Translations under genes and position numbers: made by a program
The notes under the pieces: model-generated
The model's database searches: none
Told to the model about the DNA's origin: nothing
The model's input: only the letters and a program-made list of their open reading frames with translations
Origin: Eledone cirrhosa
Taxonomy: Eukaryota
Assembly (NCBI GenBank): GCA_964016885.1
Contig: OZ024745.1
Coordinates: forward strand, 47,740,001 to 47,804,000
Reading direction: 5' to 3'
Length of the DNA stretch: 64,000 bases
Shown here: positions 1-10,190 of the stretch, in pieces
How positions within the stretch are numbered: position 1 is the first letter of the stretch
How the letters are laid out: each line of letters starts with the position of its first letter

Positions 1-439
1 GAAAGACACACCCTGTATGGTAGTTAGTATTACCATAAAAAAAACATGCCAAATACAGAAGATAATGAGCAAGCTTGGTTGCTCTGACTCGCCTGGTCTT
101 GAACTATGACAACCCATGCCAACATGGAGAGATGATGTAATATAATATCATCATTATTGTTGTTTTTACATCAACTTTTTCATGGATTGGACAGGACTTT
201 TTGAGGCAATGTTTTCATGAAACTAACTTTATTAATCTCCTCTTACAACATTAATACAGTGTACCTACATTATCTCTGCTCTTCTTGGTAGTAAATCATA
301 GTTTATACATATGTATGTCCTTGAAAGAAATGACAAAAGGGTTCAAAATCTTTTTTTCAAATGATCTGAATATATTTGAAGGTTAAGCCCAGTAAATAAT
401 GGGTTCTAATATAGACCACTAATTTGGAGAGAAAAGAAA

Positions 440-660
440 GTTGATTAAATCAACTCTGGTACTTCACTGGTATTTCATTTTATTGACTTTAGAAAGATGA
501 AAGGTAAAATTAATTATATCAACTCTAGTACTTGATTGGTGCTTTATTTTATCAACCTCAGAAGGAGAAAAGGCAAAGTTGACCATGACAGGATTTGAAC
601 TCAGAAAGTAAAGAGCTAAGCATTTGTCTGACACTAACAATTCTGTCAATCCACCCCACT
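440..660 (-). mobile_element. Degraded SINE (Deu/Nin-like core) with an internal duplication
   Basis: CTGGTATTTCATTTTATTGAC...GAAAGGCAAAGTTGACC...GGATTTGAACTCAGAA. Confidence 0.7.
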
Positions 661-772
661 ATATCTCTAAATAATAATCACCATTAGATAATGAATAATG
701 ATTTATTACTATTTACTAATAGTTACAATTAATTATCAAATATAAAAATAATAATTACCATCATAGTGCCAA

Positions 773-870
773 CTAAAAATTCTTCAATAATAGATTTTCT
801 TTCATCTTTGCCTGTCTCCGATGAAGTTCTTCAGTAATAATGCGTCTAAGATTGGGATCGGTAAAATGAG
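773..870 (-). CDS. RIIAD1: RIIAD1 exon 4 (A-HFTDPNLRRIITEELHRRQAKMKENLLLKNF*)
   Basis: Acceptor TGTTGTAG|CT, stop TAG at 775-773. 'HFTDPNL' matches RIIAD1 'YFTDPRL'. The spliced ORF is 113 aa. Confidence 0.9.
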
Positions 871-1818
871 CTACAACATAAAAAGTAACAAATCAAATAA
901 TTCTGATAATTTACCAGAAAACACATTTTGAATAAAGTCTTAATTATTTTATCATATTTTTTTCAGTGCTTATGCTACGATAAAATGTACCCAGTACACT
1001 CAGTAAAAGTTATTGACATTAGGAAAAGCATGCAGTCATAAAATCTATGAAACATATGAACACATGTTTTTCCAACCTGTCTTGTCTCAGACCATGATGA
1101 CCCATCCAACTCATGCTAATATGAAAGACAGATATAATATGATGATGATGTTTTACATCTATCTTCATATGTCAGCATCAGTCTTTTACAACTTTGGATA
1201 TTTTCATAAGCTGGAATGAATTGTTCATACAAATATTACTATAGCTTGAGTCTTTCTGACAGTTACACTTAACTACAAAGGAGTGGTCGGTACCTTATTA
1301 GTTAAACAGGCAGCAACAAACAAAATAATGAGTCTTGCCTAAGAGAAAAACACAATAACTGTAGAAAGATTGAAACTCCATGTGATAATTTACCAACTAT
1401 TTTAACTTAGAAGCCCTTGTGTTTCCTTGATAAAGAAAGGTTCATAAAATATAACTCTATTATCCTCATTTATAAGCATGTTTTCATCTCTTCTCACTAC
1501 TTAATATTGTTGAGTTTTTGCTAAATCAAGCCAGTTAATAGCTAACAGAATTATCCATTAGCCAATAGTAAACAAACTTCTTAAAGTCATAAGAATAAAA
1601 GTTTAGGATTTTTTTACTATGACTATATCTTTGGAATAGCACTTCCTAGCTTTTTTTTTTTGTTTGCATCTTTATCTTTAATATAGGCTGATTTGGTTGT
1701 AGGATATGCTATACTAATTCAACAGGAGCTAAAGCAGAATTTACTACTTTGTACTTAGCAGTCGTGCATATACTTGGTATTTAATTATGTCAAAAACAAA
1801 ACAAAAGGCTTAATTTAC

Positions 1819-1865
1819 CTGCAGCAAACTCATGGATATTATCTGGTTGTTTCAATAGAATTTCA
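1819..1865 (-). CDS. RIIAD1: RIIAD1 exon 3 (S-EILLKQPDNIHEFAA)
   Basis: Acceptor TTTTACAG|, donor CAG|GTAAAT, 47 nt, phases compatible with exons 2 and 4. Contains the RIIa dimerisation/docking motif 'L.K.PDNI.EFAA'. Confidence 0.92.
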
Positions 1866-2415
1866 CTGTAAAAGATAAGTTTAAACAGAATGAAAAACGT
1901 GTTCATAAAAACAAATAATAGTTCATGCATTCATGAGAAATTTGTACATTATTATTCAGGACTTTAAGATGTCTATCTTTAACATTAAATATTAATTTTT
2001 TCCTTGTTTTTGATTAGTAAGAACAGTGTCTACGACCCTTTTCAAAGCCTCTGGCATATTGTAAGGGGTAACTAAAAGGTTTGGCACCAGATAGGACATC
2101 TGACTATAAAACCTTGCCTCAAAAAGTCTCCAGGGTGAGTATTAAAACTGTCATGTGGCCCACACGGCAACTCTCTGCTTTAGCAACGAAAATTACTTCG
2201 AAACTCTTGATGAATTGAGTATCAATGTTCTTTTTTTGTTTTGTTTTGTTTTTTACTAAGTAACAAATTCTTACCAAATGCAATTCATGTATCTGAGTTA
2301 CACTAAAACCCACACCAAAATAAGAAGACAAGGTGACAGTTTAATATTCAGTTGCCACTAGTTATATTTCAAACAAAAATTACAAGAGTTAGAAGATCTG
2401 TAATTATGTCCATAC

Positions 2416-2492
2416 CTTAAAAATCCGGCCAGCATGCATTCGACTTCAGGGTGTTCATTCAGGTATTTCTCATTTTCAATCCGAATGTGGAT
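2416..2492 (-). CDS. RIIAD1: RIIAD1 exon 2 (IHIRIENEKYLNEHPEVECMLAGFL)
   Basis: Acceptor TTTAG|ATC, donor AG|GTATGG, 77 nt. Matches the recalled RIIAD1 segment 'IQTRIANEKYLRTHKEVEWLISGFF'. Confidence 0.92.
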
Positions 2493-3429
2493 CTAAATAT
2501 CAAAATTAGAAATAAAGAAAATTATGGAAATAACTTTATTTTGTGAAATATTCTTGTTGAGAATACATAATCCACAGGAGGCAAGGTGGCATCAATACAG
2601 TAGTTGATGTAATAACCATATAGATCTGGAGTGCAGAAATGAAGTTTTGAGTCTAACCTATAGTGGGAGCATGTAACAAGTGGTTAGTAGGTCTAACATA
2701 CTGGTCAAGAACATGCAGCTCTAAGGAACACTAAATGTTGCTCTTCAGAATGAAAAGCTTCCAAGTCGAACATGTCAGACAGTTTAACGCTTTCGCCCAC
2801 CTCTTCAAAGCCTTTAGCAGAGTTCAATGTCTTTTTTTTCCTTATTTTTAAAAGAATTTTCTTTTTCTACTTTCTATTTTCATTATTATTACAATTTTAC
2901 CGATCACATAATAACAGAGAGATGTAAGTAAATACGGTCTGTTGCGCTACACATACATACTTGCTGTCACCATACTCAGAAATATCATTCTACCAATTAG
3001 AAGGCAACAGGGGAGGCAACTCATCCTTATTACTTTTTCCCAGTCTAGTGCCTAAATCAGAAAACATTTTTTCACGAACGTAAACTGTCTTTGCTGTAAT
3101 AGGAAGTATCGCCCATATAGCATAATGTAATACCAGATGCTGGGTGCCTGAAAAACGGGAAAAAAAAACGTTCTTCGTTTTCACACATAGTGCTTATATC
3201 CTTTCAGGATAATGCACATACACTGAATTTATAAATATATATTCATTTTAAAAAATGAATTTCTAAAAGTCCAAGGTCCCGGCTTTATACAGGAATAAAT
3301 AAGAAGTCGTGCGACATTATTTTCTGAAGAACTTTCGTTGGTATCGCCGTCAATAGGTCTCAAATGAAGAAAATGAAAATACCTCATTCGAACATCTGAT
3401 TAGCTTCGCATGCTTCGCTTATGTATATT

Positions 3430-3600
3430 ATCATCAACATCATCATCACTATTTAACGTCCATTTTTCCACGCAAGCATGGGTTAGACGAGTTTTCCCAT
3501 TGTGAGACAGGTCAGATCAGGTGGCCGTGTCTTGTTTATACAGAACTGGTTCTGGCTTGGTTTCGACGGCTGGATGCCCTTCCTAACACCAACCACATTT
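3430..3600 (-). mobile_element. SINE / RTE-3'-tail-related repeat
   Basis: (CAT)n tail, TTTAACGTCC...GCATGGGTTAGACG and GGCTGGATGCCCTTCCTAACACCAACC; shared with the RTE 3' UTR at 14265-14424. Confidence 0.75.
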
Positions 3601-3879
3601 ACATATTTCTCTTGGTCTCTCTCGGCCAAACTAGGGAAATCCAACCCGTCAACAGAAGTTTAATAAATGCATTTTTAATAATACCTTTGCAGGCACAAGT
3701 ACACATTATACCTGATACATAACATCACACAATTAAACTGAGGTTATATGTTCTTCGACGAAAATTTTATTTAATAAATTAGTAACATAGCGGTTGTGTG
3801 TTATTGTGGTTTATATATTTCATAACCTGTGATCAGGGTGAATTACTTACCCCAGGAATAATCACATCATCATAATAAT

Positions 3880-4050
3880 AATTGTTTCTACTTTTGGCAC
3901 AAGGCCACCAATTACCCAGTGAATTACTGGTACTTTATGTTATCGACCCCGTAAGGATGAAAGGCAAAGTTAACCTCGACGGGATTTGAACTCAGAATGG
4001 CAAGGGCCGTAACTCTATGCGTCAAAGCATGGCGTCCGATCCTCTACCGA
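3880..4050 (-). mobile_element. tRNA-derived SINE, same family as 9115-9621
   Basis: Reverse complement of the same core and tail. Confidence 0.8.
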
Positions 4051-4556
4051 TAAAAATGCACAGTTAATCATTTACTTACACACCCGCAATCTCTGTTCGC
4101 ACAGAAACATCAATCTTCCATCGCTTACACTTTACGCAACGGTGACCACATCACTAAGCAATCAGCAAGTGAGCACACAATAATCGAATCAACACCATAC
4201 AACCTACCACAATCCATTCCATACATTAGATCCGCTATATATATATATATATAATATTAAGGATACTATTTATGGTTATGTATATATTAAAACTTTTTAT
4301 AGTTATGTATATTTTAAACCCTAAACAGTGAAGGTCAGTAATTTATTACTACCTTATTACCAGTAAGATAAATAGCTCAATGTAATAACATCAGTTGTTC
4401 TACAGAGCAGTTATATAGAATCCACAAGAATCAAATGCAGAGGTTATATTTAATTTGTTGGGATTCAACAAACTTAAACATTTTTATAACTGATATAAAG
4501 CACTCAACAGTTTAGTGGAGTGTGTCAATATTTATTTATAAAACAAATCTGCATTG

Positions 4557-4622
4557 TATTTTATCTGATGAAAACGCATCAGAATTTGCCTTGGTGCCCC
4601 TTGAAATATGTATAATAAAATA
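4557..4622 (+). ncRNA. Type I hammerhead ribozyme motif (Penelope-like pseudo-LTR)
   Basis: Stem I TATTTTAT/ATAAAATA, core CTGATGA (4565-4571), imperfect stem II, GAAA, short stem III, AUA cleavage triplet ending at 4614. Confidence 0.65.
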
Positions 4623-4727
4623 AATATGGTTTTATAAATATAAATATAGTTTCCATTTGTTAATATATTGTATATATATACTATATATTAATAAATGGAA
4701 ACTATATTTATAAAACCATAATTATTT

Positions 4728-4793
4728 TATTTTATTATATATATTTCAAGGGCAACCAAGGTAAATTATGGTGCGCTTTCATCGGATAAAATT
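4728..4793 (-). ncRNA. Hammerhead ribozyme copy with a mutated core (CCGATGA)
   Basis: Inverted copy of the 4557-4622 motif; TCATCGG at 4779-4785 replaces TCATCAG. Confidence 0.5.
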
Positions 4794-5039
4794 ACCTTGG
4801 TTGCCCTTGAAATATATATAATAAAATAATTATGGTTTTATAAATATAGTTTCGATTTATTAATATATTGTATATTTACTGTACTAACTGTTGAATGCTT
4901 TATATCAGTTATAAAATATTTTAAGCTTGTTGAATCCCAACAAATTAAATATAACCTCTGCATATATATATATGGAACGGGAACAAAACAGAGAGGCAGT
5001 ACGAACAAAGGTTTATTAGTTTCACGCTCTTGAGAGTGG

Positions 5040-5080
5040 GGGGGAACGACGTTTCGGGCATAAGCCCTTCATCAGGCGAA
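5040..5080 (-). ncRNA. Minimal hammerhead core of a second Penelope-like family
   Basis: Minus strand reads CTGATGA-A-GGGC-TTAT-GCCC-GAAAC-GTC: perfect stem II and GUC triplet. The 5' arm of stem I appears truncated. Confidence 0.65.
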
Positions 5081-5895
5081 ACAGAAATTGAACGAAGACT
5101 GCGTTACACCCTCTTATGTAATCAGTAACGTAATCCATGGTACATTAAAAAAAGACGATATTATATATAAACTGCATGAGGAGAAAATTAGTGATGGAAA
5201 TATATGAATGTTTATTTAAGTGATCGCCATATATATATATAGGAAAAGCGTCAGGACCCCGACGGCTGAGCTCCGGCCGATTCGACAGCTAGACCCCGAA
5301 CGTTCGGATCTAGCTGTCGAAAGGGCCGGAGCTCAGACGTTGGGATCCTGACTCTTTTCTTATTACCCACTCTACTACCCTAAGAATTGAATACTCTGGT
5401 GCGTTATGGTCCACCTGGTATCTTACCACATCCTCTTTGTTTTATATATACTAGCAGAAAAACCACCCTTCGGGTGGTTTTCTGCTAGCATGTGTAGTGT
5501 GTATATTGATATTATATGCATGTAAATATGATACATCAAATAAAATCGTAATTGACAATATACACAGAAATTGAACGAAAACTGTGTTACACTGTCTTAT
5601 GTAATCAGTAACGTAATCCATGATACATTTAAAAAAAAGACGATATTATATATCTGTTAGCATGTGTAGTGTGCATATTTATATTATACGCAAGTATATA
5701 TACATGTAGATATGATACATCAAATAAAATCGTAATTGACAATATACACAGAAATTGAACGAAGACTGCGTTACACCTTCTTATGTAATCAGTAACGTAA
5801 TCCATGATACATTAAAAAAAGACGATATTATATATAAACTGCATGAGGAGAAAATTAGTGATGGAAATATATGAATGTTTATTTAAGCGATCGCC
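5081..5895 (+). repeat. Three direct copies of an 'ACAGAAATTGAACGAAGACTGCGTTACACC...' segment
   Basis: Copies begin at about 5081, 5564 and 5748; the first and third are nearly identical over about 150 bp. Confidence 0.85.
5240..5363. repeat. GC-rich imperfect palindrome of about 120 bp
   Basis: AGGAAAAGCGTCAGGAC...CCGAAC|GTTCGG...GATCCTGACTCTTTTCT, centred near 5301. Confidence 0.85.
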
Positions 5896-6100
5896 AACCG
5901 GAAGTGTTGACATTTGAAAATTTTACAAGTGAATCTTTAAATAAGCAATAAAATATATTTAATCAACAGATACGAAATTTAGTAGATAAATTATGTAATA
6001 TTCATTCATTATTTATTCAAAGTAATCCAACTTATCTTACTAAGGGGATAAAAAATTATAAACCGTACGCAGTCCCGCTCTTCTTACTTTATTATAGTTT
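5448..6100 (+). mobile_element. Putative non-autonomous Helitron/Helentron-like element
   Basis: Begins TACTAGCAGAAAAACCACCCTTCGGGTGGT (hairpin), has internal tandem repeats, and ends CTTTATTATAG before a (TA)n tract. Confidence 0.35.
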
Positions 6101-6110
6101 ATATATATAT

Positions 6111-6150
<40 letters not shown>

Positions 6151-6517
6151 CACACACACGAGTAGACGATGGAACTCTGACCCAAAACCTAACATTAACC
6201 TTAATCCTAAACCTAACGAGTCCCTATCTTAACCTGGGTAAACGCAATAAATTTGATGAAACGAACGAGATATTTTCTTCATTGGAGATCTATTGCCAAT
6301 GATACCATCATTAGAAATGTAACGTGTAATATTTATATTTAACAAATAATAGAAATATAAGTTTTTTCTGAATATGTACACATACAAATATATACTTATA
6401 TGAAAACGATATGTAAATATTTAATTAATATTCATTTAAAAATAAAATTAGCTTTTCTTCAAATAATATTTTCATTTCTTTTTAAGCATGTAAGGAATAT
6501 TAACATTCATGTATTAC

Positions 6518-6637
6518 CTTTAATTTGTTTAATTTTTCTTGATCTTCATCATTAAGGGCTCCCAAATCATCATCAGTCTTTAAATCGTAGCCTTCCATAC
6601 CATGGGGAGGGTCATGTTTTGGCTTAGCTGCCGCCAT
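6518..6637 (-). CDS. RIIAD1: RIIa domain-containing protein 1, exon 1 (MAAAKPKHDPPHGMEGYDLKTDDDLGALNDEDQEKLNKLK)
   Basis: ATG at 6637-6635, 40 open codons, phase-0 donor AAG|GTAAT. The 'DLGALNDEDQEKLNKLK' segment matches the recalled vertebrate RIIAD1 segment 'DPGALSAAQLEQLRKFK'. Confidence 0.88.
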
Positions 6638-6652
6638 TGTGTACAGTTGTTA

Positions 6653-6675
6653 TTTACCTTGGCAATATGACGTCA
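6653..6675. promoter_or_regulatory. RFX X-box-like site (TTTACCTTGGCAAT, 6653-6666) next to a perfect CRE (TGACGTCA, 6668-6675), just upstream of the RIIAD1 ATG
   Basis: Both motifs read directly, within 40 bp of the start codon. X-boxes are typical of ciliary genes; this one is an imperfect match. Confidence 0.55.
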
Positions 6676-7026
6676 CATCATTACTTCTAACATTTTAGAG
6701 ACACTGTTTCGTATTTAATGGCATTTCAAACTTTTTACTTTGCTATTTTGAAGGATTTATTAAATTTTAAATAAACTTAAAATTTATTTTTATTTCTATT
6801 TCTAATCTAAACTGTTTAGAGCTCATTTTTTCATTTTGATAATTTCAATAGAAGAAAATTGATGCTTTATTTGTATAGTAAAATTCATTTTTATTTCTAA
6901 TCTAAAACTACTTACAGCTATTTCTTTCATTCAAATAATATTCTTTAAGTATTTAAGACATTAAGTTTTAAAAAAGAAAATATACAAATAAACATTTTCA
7001 TAGAGTTTTCAATAAAAGTATTAGCT

Positions 7027-7108
7027 CGTCGCCGATAGGATTCGAACCTATGCGGGGAGACCCCAATGGATTTCTAGTCCATCGCCTTAACCACTCGGCC
7101 ACGACGAC
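7027..7108 (-). tRNA. tRNA-Ser (anticodon AGA)
   Basis: 82 nt. Acceptor stem GTCGTCG/CGGCGAC, anticodon arm ATGGA-CTAGAAA-TCCAT, long variable arm, T-arm ATAGG-TTCGAAT-CCTAT, TTTT downstream. Confidence 0.95.
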
Positions 7109-7942
7109 TGCAATTTAAATAAGGAAACAATAAATCTGTAATGCTTTAGATATTTCTTACTAGTAAGTGTTGTTATATAAAATTTAGTTACAGAGAATAT
7201 ATTGTATAGAATTTCTTGCTCCTATATTTTCGCAAGATATTAATAGATAATATATAAAAGTGACATATTCAGATTTATATTACTAACTCATAAGAGGCTT
7301 CGTAAATTTAAAATAAACTCCTACAACTTCTAACAGAATATTAACTATGGTTGCTATACATGAAAAAACTTCCATGTAGATTTATATTTATTTCTCAAAA
7401 GTCATAGATTTATAAATGATTTTCAATTAATAACAACGAATGTATTTGTGAGTAGGTTTCATACATAAACACAAAACACACACATTATTATAATTGAGGG
7501 TCACCTTTTACACCTGTCTTCGTGACAGGTGTTGAAGGCGATATTCGTGACAGGTGTTGAAGGCCATATTCGTGTAAAACACATTTAAAAAATCAAAGGA
7601 AAAATATAGTTTCACCTTCATGATTGTAACCAAAGTACCCTTGAAATTAAACAAAAAAAAAAACAACAATTACACTCGTCGAGTGTAATTAAATGTTCCT
7701 AATTCAATAAAGCCCGACGTCCAAGCTTGAACGAGTTAGCTCGTGTGCCAGGCTAAATAACATCACCATTCGAAGTATTGAATATTCAATTGTTACCTAG
7801 TAAAATCCTCTCTCTCTTTCTTTCTTCTTTTCTTCATTGCTGGGTCTCGTTACGCTAGTGTTTCACCTGTGTACTCACAGGATCATTCCGCAAGAATCTA
7901 CTTCGGTGTTGAATACTCATTTTTGTGTCCAGCAATGCCGCA

Positions 7943-8017
7943 TAGGGTGTCCTCCAAAAATATATACACACTTCAACAGTATTTTAATAAATGTGTATAC
8001 ATTTTGGGGGGACGCCC

Positions 8018-8024
<7 letters not shown>
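7943..8024. mobile_element. Tiny Tc1/mariner-type MITE remnant
   Basis: Imperfect TIRs of about 28 bp: AGGGTGTCCTCCAAAAATATATACACA and TGTGTATACATTTTGGGGGGACGCCCT. Confidence 0.5.
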
Positions 8025-8070
<46 letters not shown>

Positions 8071-8183
8071 TAAAATGCTGTTGAAGTGTGTATTTATATA
8101 TACACTATCCAGGAAGCTCCAACCGTTAAGGTTGTCTTTTTTCAGGGTATGTCAATATTTATTTATAAAACTAATCTGTATTG

Positions 8184-8249
8184 TATTTTATCTGATGAAA
8201 GCGCACCATAATTTGCCTTGGTGGCCCTTGAAATATGTATAATAAAATA
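8184..8249 (+). ncRNA. Type I hammerhead ribozyme motif
   Basis: TATTTTAT-CTGATGA-AAGCGCACCA...TGGTGGCCCTT-GAAA-TATGTA-TA^ATAAAATA. 8-bp stem I and about 9-bp stem II. Confidence 0.72.
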
Positions 8250-8327
8250 AATATGATTTTATAAATATAGTTTCCATTTGTTAATATATTATTTGCCTTT
8301 TATAAACTATATTTATAAAACCATATT

Positions 8328-8393
8328 TATTTTATTATACATATTTCAAGGGCCACCAAGGCAAATTATGGTGCGCTTTCATCAGATAAAATA
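8328..8393 (-). ncRNA. Type I hammerhead ribozyme motif (inverted copy of 8184-8249)
   Basis: Exact reverse complement, 66 nt. Confidence 0.72.
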
Positions 8394-9014
8394 CAATACA
8401 GATTAGTTTTATAAATAAATATTGACATACCCTGAAAAAAGACAACCTTAACGGTTGGAGCTTCCTGGATAGTGTATATATAAATACACACTTCAACAGC
8501 ATTTTAATAAATATATATATATATATACACACAGGGCTTAATACGGGATGTTTGTTTACAAACACACCGAGCATTATAATAAATGTTCGGTGAATCCATA
8601 CGTACATATATATATGTGTGCATGTATGTATATATATATACATACTACTGTACGTCTGTATACATATATGTATGTACGTGTACATACTTATATTTAAGTA
8701 ACAGCCGTACTAAGAGTGGGAAATGAAATTTCGTTTCATTTTTTCCGTTTATTGTATATATATATATATATAGTCTTTCACGTGCAGCTGCTTGTAGTTA
8801 CGATCGCGAAGAATTTACCTACACACGCGATTAATAAGAAAAACGTTTGCTTTATAAAACAGCCAATAAAATTAAGTACCAATTATATATTGCGTCGATA
8901 TAATCAATTTAACCCTTCCCCAAAATTGCTGGCTTTCTATCACTATTAGAAATAATTTATTATTATTATTATTACAATTTCATGTTCTTATTTCTCAAGC
9001 ATCGTAATGTAGCA

Positions 9015-9096
9015 GTCGTCGTGGCCGAGTGGTTAAGGCGATGGACTAGAAATCCATTGGGGTCTCCCCGCATAGGTTCGAATCCTATCGGCGACG
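9015..9096 (+). tRNA. tRNA-Ser (anticodon AGA)
   Basis: Identical to the 7027-7108 copy; followed by a long T-run Pol III terminator at about 9101. Confidence 0.96.
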
Positions 9097-9114
9097 TGTA
9101 TTTTTTTTTCATTT

Positions 9115-9621
9115 TTGCCAGTATCGGTAGAGAGTCGGACACCATGCTTTGAAGCATAGAGTTATGTCCCTTTATTATCTGAGTTCAAATCCCGCCGAGG
9201 TTAACTTTGCCTTTCGTCCTTACGGGGTCGATAAAATAAAGTACCAGTAATGGATTGGGTAATTGCTGGCCTTGTGCCAAAAGTAGAAACAATTATTATT
9301 ATTGGTGGTCGATTGGCAGTATCGGTAAAGGGTCGGACGCCATACTTTCTAGCATAGTTACGTCCCCTTACGTTCTGAGTTCAAATCCCGCCGAGGTTGA
9401 CTTTGCCTTTCATCCTTACGGGGTCAATAAAATAAAGTACCAGTAATATACTGGATAATTGCTGGCCTTGTGCCAAATGTAGAAACAATTATTATTTTAC
9501 GATCTGAGTTCAAATCCCACCGAGGTTGACTTTGCCTGTCATCCTTATGGGGTCGATAAAATAAAGTACCAGTAATGCACTGGGTAATTGCTGGCCTTGT
9601 GCCAAAAGTAGAAACAATTAT
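9115..9621 (+). mobile_element. Three tandem tRNA-derived SINE copies with a Deu/Nin-like core
   Basis: B-box GAGTTCAAATCCC, core GACTTTGCCTTTCATCCTTACGGGGTCGATAAAATAAAGTACCAG and an (ATT)n tail. Copies at about 9115-9300, 9305-9497 and 9500-9621 (5'-truncated). Confidence 0.85.
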
Positions 9622-9829
9622 TTAGTGGGAGCGACAGTAAAGGGGCTGGAACTTGTAAAATATATGTTCGGCTACTTAAATAGTTGTTTCGTTGTTTCTA
9701 ATAAGACAAAAAAGTACTCAGTCCTTAATGCAGAGTGATTCAGAATAATAACCCATGTGAACTTTTATACAGTAGGTTTATGTATAAGGTTTAATTTTTG
9801 TTTACATAAATATTTTGCATAATAACAGG

Positions 9830-10190
9830 AAAAATTCAAATATCTCAGCTGCAGCTTGTTGAGAGATTGCAAAAGCATTGCTTGTGGAGACAGCCAGCAA
9901 CACCCACTGCATCAGCCATTCCACATCACGAGACTCCTTCTTCAGGTGGGATGCATTCTTCCCAATTTTGCAGTGAAAAACAGCAGTTTGGGGGCTAAAG
10001 GTCTCAACAACGACTGGGATGAAATGGAAGCAGATGTGTAGCAGTGCTTGGGTTTGTGGCCAAAGTGACAGGGCTAGAGGTAGTGAATGTATTGCAGTAT
10101 GTGGCATCCCAGATTAGAGATTTACACCCCTTCGAACAGGAAAAAGATCATTCCATCTGGGCACTTACCATCATTACAGTCAAGGCGTAA
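9830..10190 (-). mobile_element. Degraded 3' fragment of a CRE-clade non-LTR retrotransposon (restriction-like endonuclease domain)
   Basis: Minus-strand translation across frameshifts: LDCNDGKCPDGMIFF / KSLIWDATYCNTF / HFIPVVVETF..P...KIG...ESRDVEWLMQWVLLAVSTSNAFAI. This matches the CRE pattern DGKRPDG..W..G..L.WD.T...F.P..VET.G...QR.S.A..RGNA. Confidence 0.75.

Larger units (their letters stand above)
4436..4962. repeat. Compound inverted repeat of a Penelope-like pseudo-LTR in RIIAD1 intron 1
   Basis: Outer arms 4436-4520 and 4878-4962; inner arms about 4560-4670 and 4685-4793; extra partial + copy at about 4789-4875. Confidence 0.8.
8016..8537. repeat. Near-perfect inverted repeat (arms about 250 bp) of the same family
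   Basis: About 8016-8270 is the reverse complement of about 8305-8537. This explains the identical peptide ends of ORFs 7991..8242(+) and 8335..8685(-). Confidence 0.9.

Noticed and set aside
6178-6235. Telomere-like CCTAAC repeats
   Set aside because: Short and degenerate; not a (TTAGGG)n array.
7837-8949. Short ORFs with YIYI runs and mirrored peptides
   Set aside because: Artefacts of (TA)n tracts and the inverted repeat.
8972-9446. ORFs of 61-63 aa
   Set aside because: They overlap the tRNA and SINE sequences; spurious.
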